From Squalus acanthias (Eukaryota), in NCBI GenBank assembly GCA_030390025.1, contig CM059432.1:117740001-117804000 (forward strand): a stretch of 64,000 nt of DNA, written 5' to 3'. The notes under the pieces are model-generated. The model was not told the DNA's origin. It did no database searches and was given only the letters and a program-made list of their open reading frames with translations. A program made the translations under genes and the position numbers. Of this stretch, positions 59,475-64,000 are shown piece after piece (position 1 is the first letter of the stretch; each line of letters begins with the position of its first letter).

Positions 59475-60890
59475 ATGTTTTTCATTCACTTTGCTTCCAA
59501 TTTCCACCCTTCCCTTACCTTCACATGGTCCATCTCCGACTCTTCCCTTCCCTTCCTCGACTTCTCTGTCTCCATTTCTAGGGAGAGGCTATCGACAAAC
59601 ATCCACCATAAGCCCACTGACTCCCACAGCTACCTGGACTACATTTCCTCCCACCCCGCTTCCTGTAAGGACTCTATTCAATTATCCCAGTTTCTCCATC
59701 TTCTTCGCATCTGCTCTGACAATGCCACCTTCCATACTAGTGCTTCCGATATATCTTCCTTTTTCCTCAACCGAGGATTCCCTCTACCATGGTTGACATG
59801 GCCCTCGACCGTGTCCGTTCCATTTCCCGCACTTCTGTTCTCACCCCTTCCCCTCCCTCCCAGAAACACGATAGGGTTCCCCTTGTCCTCACCTTTCACC
59901 CCACCAGCCTCCACATTCAACAGATCATCCTCCGCCATTTCCGCCACCTCCAGCATGATCCCACCACCAAACACATGTTCCCCTCCCCTCCCCTTTCACC
60001 ATTCCAAAGGGAACGCTCCCTCTGCGACTCCCTGGTCAACTTCTCTGTCACCCCCAACACCCCTTCCCCTTCCCACGATACCTTCCCGTGCAAGCGCAAG
60101 AGATGCAACACCTGCCCTTTTACCTCCTCCCTTCCCACTGTTCAGGGCCCGACACTCCTTCCAGGTGAAACAGCGATTTACTTGTACTTCTTGCAATTTA
60201 GTATACTGTATTTGCTGTTCATGATGCGGTCTCCTCTACATTGGGGAGACCAAACGCAGATTGGGTTTGCGGAATACCTCCGTTCAGTCCGTAAGCGTGA
60301 CCCCGAGCTTCCGGTCGCCTGTCACTTTAATTCTCCGCTCCACTCCCACTCTGCTCTCTCTGTCCTCGGCCTCTTTCACTGTTTCAATGAAGTTCAACGT
60401 AAGCTCGAGGAACAGCACCTTATCTTTCGATTAGGCACTTTACAGCCTTCTGAACTCAACATCAAGTTCAACAATTTCAGACTATAACCTCGGCCCCCAT
60501 ATTTTTTATTTTTTATTTTCTCTCTCACATGGCAGCTGCTGATGATCCTGCCAGTGCCATTTACACATCATCTAGAGTCATCTTTTGTTTCTTAACTTGT
60601 CCCATTACCATCTCCTTTTGCCTTGCACCATCATCCCTTTTGTCATTTAATCTCTCCTGCCTTCCATCCTATCACAGACCTTCCCTTTTGTTCTTTCCTC
60701 CCCTCCCACTTTCCCTGCCTCTATACTTACTTAAGAATCTGCTACTTCTCTAACTTTTTCCAGTTCTGACAAAGGGTCACAGACCTGAAACATTGACTCT
60801 ATTTCTCTCTCCATGATGCTGCCTGACCTGCTGAGTGTTATTTCTGTTGTTATTTCAGATTTCCAGCATCCGCAGTATTTTGCTATTGAA
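59475..60890 (+). mobile_element. Penelope-like retroelement remnant (RT thumb + GIY-YIG endonuclease, frameshifted)
   Basis: LPFLDFSV..KPTDSHSYLDY.SSHP; RVPLVLTFHP; CKRKRCNTCP; FTCTSCNLVYCICCS; ATTGGGGAGACCAAACGC (IGETKR); FAEYLRSV; EQHLIFRLGTLQP.ELN. Confidence 0.9.
60762..60805 (+). ncRNA. Degenerate minimal hammerhead ribozyme in the Penelope tail
   Basis: CTGACAA-AGGGTC-ACA-GACCT-GAAACATTGAC versus the canonical CUGANGA-stemII-GAAAC-GUU pattern; two core changes consistent with CpG decay. Confidence 0.55.
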
Positions 60891-61085
60891 TAAAACTAGT
60901 TCTGACAGCTACAGCAAGAAGTGTCTAAAGTGTCAATTGGAACAAATTGATTAAATCACTGCATAATGGTCTCATTTGAAATACAGTGGGCTTAAAATCG
61001 CTGGGAAGTTGAGCCATAACAATGACTCACTAACATCGTACGCCACTATTTATTTGTAAAAACTCCATAGATTTGCGGAACAACT

Positions 61086-61365
61086 GCAGCACAGTGAGTA
61101 TTTAAACTCACTTTCGCGGGCTTTTTTACAGGGGCCAGTGTCGGGAGCGGAGAGAGCAGCAGCACAGTGAGTATTTAAACTCACTTTTGCAGGCTTTTTT
61201 CCAGAGGCCAGTGTCGGGAGCGAAGTGAGCAGCAGCACAGTGAGTATTTAAACTCACTTTTGTGGGCTTTTTTTACAGAGGCCAGTGTCGGGAGCGGAGA
61301 GAGCAGCAGCACAGTGAGTAGTTAAACTCACTTTCGTGGGCTTTTTACAGAGGCCAGTGTCGGGA
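61086..61365 (+). repeat. CR1 5' UTR monomer array, ~73-74 bp x4
   Basis: CACAGTGAGTA at 61090, 61163, 61236, 61310; each unit carries the hairpin AGTGAGT-(A/G)TTAA-ACTCACT preceded by one A and ends GGCCAGTGTCGGGA. Confidence 0.9.
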
Positions 61366-61452
61366 TAGGGCCCTTGAGTATATCATTTAATTGAAGTGAA
61401 ATTGGTGGGATTCATTTAATTTAATTTTAATTAATTAATTAAAGGGTAAGTC

Positions 61453-62397
61453 ATGGCAGGAGAGCTTCGGCCCGTGATATGCTCCTCCTGCTATATGTGG
61501 GAAATCAGGGATACTTCCTGTGTCCCTGACGACCATGTGTGTGGGAAGTGTATCCAGCTGCAGCTACTGATAGACGGCATTGTGGCGCTGGAGCTGCGTA
61601 TGGATGCATATTGGAGCATTCGCGAAGCTGAGAACATCGTGGATAGCACGTTTAGCGAGTTGGTCACACCGCAGGTAAAGGGTGTAGAGGCAGGAAGTGA
61701 ATGGGTGACCACCAGGCAGAGTAAGAGGTGCAGGCAGGTAGTGCAAGGGTCCCTTGTGGCCATCTCAAACAGATATACCACTTTGGATACTGTTGGGGGG
61801 GATGACTTATCAGGGGAAGGCAGCAGCAGCAAACTTCCTGGCACCATGGGTGGCTCTGCTGCACAGACTGGGAGGAAAAAGTTTGGAAGAGCTATAGTGA
61901 AAGGGGACTCAATTGTAAGGGGAATAGATAAGCGTTTCTGCGGACGCAAACGAGACTCCAGGATGGTGTGTTGCCTCCCTGGTGCAAGGGTCAAGGACGT
62001 CTCGGAGTGGCTACAGGACATTTTGGAGGGGGAGGGTGAACAGTCAGTTGTCATGGTGCACATAGGCATCAACGATATAGGTAAAAAACGGGATGAGGTC
62101 CTAAAAGCAGAATATAGGAAGCTAGGAGGTAAAATAAAAAATAGGACCTCAAAGGTAGTAATCTCAGGATTGCTACCAGTGCCACGTGCTAGTCAGAGTA
62201 GAAATAGGAGGATATTTCAAATGAATACGTGGCTAGAGGAATGGTGCAAGGGGGAGGGATTCAAATTCCTTGGACATTGGATCCGGTTCTGGGGGAGGTG
62301 GGACCAGTACAAACGGGACGACCTGCACCTGGGCAGGGCTGGGACCGATGTCCTAGGGGGAGTGTTTGCTAGTGCTGTTAGGGAGGGTTTAAACTAA
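61453..62397 (+). CDS. CR1 ORF1 protein (zinc finger/leucine zipper + SGNH esterase), 314 aa, open
   Basis: CSSC..CGKC zinc knuckle, LQLLIDGIVALELRM zipper, GDSIVRG, CLPGA, HIGIND, DDLHL esterase blocks. Confidence 0.9.
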   Translation: MAGELRPVICSSCYMWEIRDTSCVPDDHVCGKCIQLQLLIDGIVALELRMDAYWSIREAENIVDSTFSELVTPQVKGVEAGSEWVTTRQSKRCRQVVQGSLVAISNRYTTLDTVGGDDLSGEGSSSKLPGTMGGSAAQTGRKKFGRAIVKGDSIVRGIDKRFCGRKRDSRMVCCLPGARVKDVSEWLQDILEGEGEQSVVMVHIGINDIGKKRDEVLKAEYRKLGGKIKNRTSKVVISGLLPVPRASQSRNRRIFQMNTWLEEWCKGEGFKFLGHWIRFWGRWDQYKRDDLHLGRAGTDVLGGVFASAVREGLN

Positions 62398-64000
62398 AGT
62401 GGCAGGGATTTGGGAACCTGAGCAGGGAGACAGAGGAAAGGGAAACAAGGATAAAAGCAAAAGAGAGGAAGGAGGAAAACAAAAGTAGAAGACAAAGAAC
62501 TCAACGGTTTAAATCAAACATGGTCACAGTAATTAATAATTCATATAGGTCTGAGAGCGTTAAAAAAACAAGCCTGAATGCTTTGTGTCTTAATGCAAGG
62601 AGCATTCGGAACAAGGTGGATGAATTAGCTGCGCAAATAGAGATAAATGAATATGATTTGATTGGGATTACAGAAGCATGGCTCCAGGGTGGCCAAGGCT
62701 GGGAACTCAACATCCAGGGGTATTCAATATTTAGGAAAGATAGGCAAAAAAGAAAGGGAGGTGGGGTAGCATTGCTGGTTAAAGAGGGGATTAACAACAA
62801 TTGAAAGGAAGGATATTAGCTCTGATGATGCGGAATCTGTATGGGTAGAACTGAGAAATAACAAGGGGCAGAAAACATTAGTGGGAGTGGTATATAGACC
62901 TCCAAACAGTAATGCGGAGGTTGGGGACGGCATTAAAAGGGAAATTAGAGAAGCATGCAGTAAGGGCACAGCAGTCATCATGGTGACTTTAATTTACATA
63001 TAGATTGGGCTAACCAAATTAGTAAAAATACTGTGAAGGAGGAATTCCTAGAATGTTTACGGGATGGTTTTCTGGAACAATATGTTGAGGAACCAACCAG
63101 AGATCAGGCCATCTTAGACTGGGCATTATGTAACGAGAAAGGATTAATGAGCAATATTGTTGTCCGAGGCCCCTTGGGTCAGAGTGATCATAATATGATA
63201 GAATTCTTCATTAGGATGGAGAGTGAAGTAGTTGAATCAGAGACTAGGGTCCTGAATTTAAATCAAGGAAACTACGATGGTATGAGGCGCGAATTGGGTA
63301 GGATTGATTGGGGAATGTCACTCAAAGGGTTGATGGTGGATAGGCAACGGCAAACATTCAAAGACTGCATGGATGAACTACAGAATTTGTTCATCCCAGT
63401 GTGGCATAAGAATAAAACAAAAAGGGTGACTCAACCATGGCTAACAAGGGAAATTAGGGATAGCATAAGATCCAAGGAGAGGGCATATAAATTGGCCAGA
63501 AAAAGCAGTAACCCTGAGGATTGGGAACAGTTTAGGATTCAACAAAGGAGGACAAAGGGATTAATTAAGAAGGGGAAAATAGAATATGAAAGTAAGCTTG
63601 CAGGGAACATAAAAACTGACTGTAAGAGCGTTTATAGATATGTGAAGAGAAAAAGATTAGTGAAATCAAGTATAGGTCCCTTGCAGTCAGAAGCAGGGGA
63701 AGTTATAATGGGGAACAAAGAAATGGCAGGCCAATTAAATGCATATTTTGGATCTGTCTTCACAAAGGAGGACATAAATAACCTCCCAGAGATGTTGGAG
63801 AACGTAGGGTCTGATGAAAGGGAGGAACTGAAAAAAATCAGTATTTGCAGGGAAATGGTGTTAGGGAAATTGATGGGATTGAAGGCCGATAAATCCCCCG
63901 GGCCTGATAATCTACATCCTAGGGTACTTAAGGAAGTGGCCCTAGAAATAGTAGATGCATTGCTGATCATCTTCCAACATTCGATGGAATCTGGAACTGT

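Larger units (their letters stand above)
61062..64000 (+). mobile_element. CR1 LINE with a complete 5' end, running off the window end
   Basis: 5' UTR tandem repeats, intact ORF1, ORF2 APE/RT with frameshifts (~62795, ~62983). Confidence 0.93.

Overview
Eukaryotic (vertebrate) genomic DNA, most likely from a cartilaginous fish. This is inferred from HE1-type V-SINE, DeuSINE, esterase-ORF1 CR1, L2 and Penelope repeats. No host protein-coding exon could be confidently identified; the window is almost entirely nested transposable elements. The main feature is a 4,523-bp, apparently intact autonomous PIF/Harbinger transposon (23942-28464; 12-bp TIRs, TAA TSD). It carries an open DDE transposase on the minus strand and a convergent 3-exon Myb/SANT-like gene (459 aa spliced) whose first intron holds a 54-bp x9 minisatellite. 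At least eight non-autonomous or decayed Harbinger-type elements surround it. Three of them share a CRE (TGACGTCA)-TATTTAAA promoter module with it at a 128-131 bp spacing. Three long solo LTRs (one nested in another, 4-bp TSDs) share an E2F/GATA/TATA promoter, a splice-donor-like motif and a U5 motif. Also present are several CR1 LINEs, L2 LINEs, SINEs, a TA-TSD Tc1/mariner-type MITE, a Penelope remnant with a degenerate hammerhead ribozyme and an old L1 fragment. Coordinates were read by eye; the boundaries of decayed elements are approximate.
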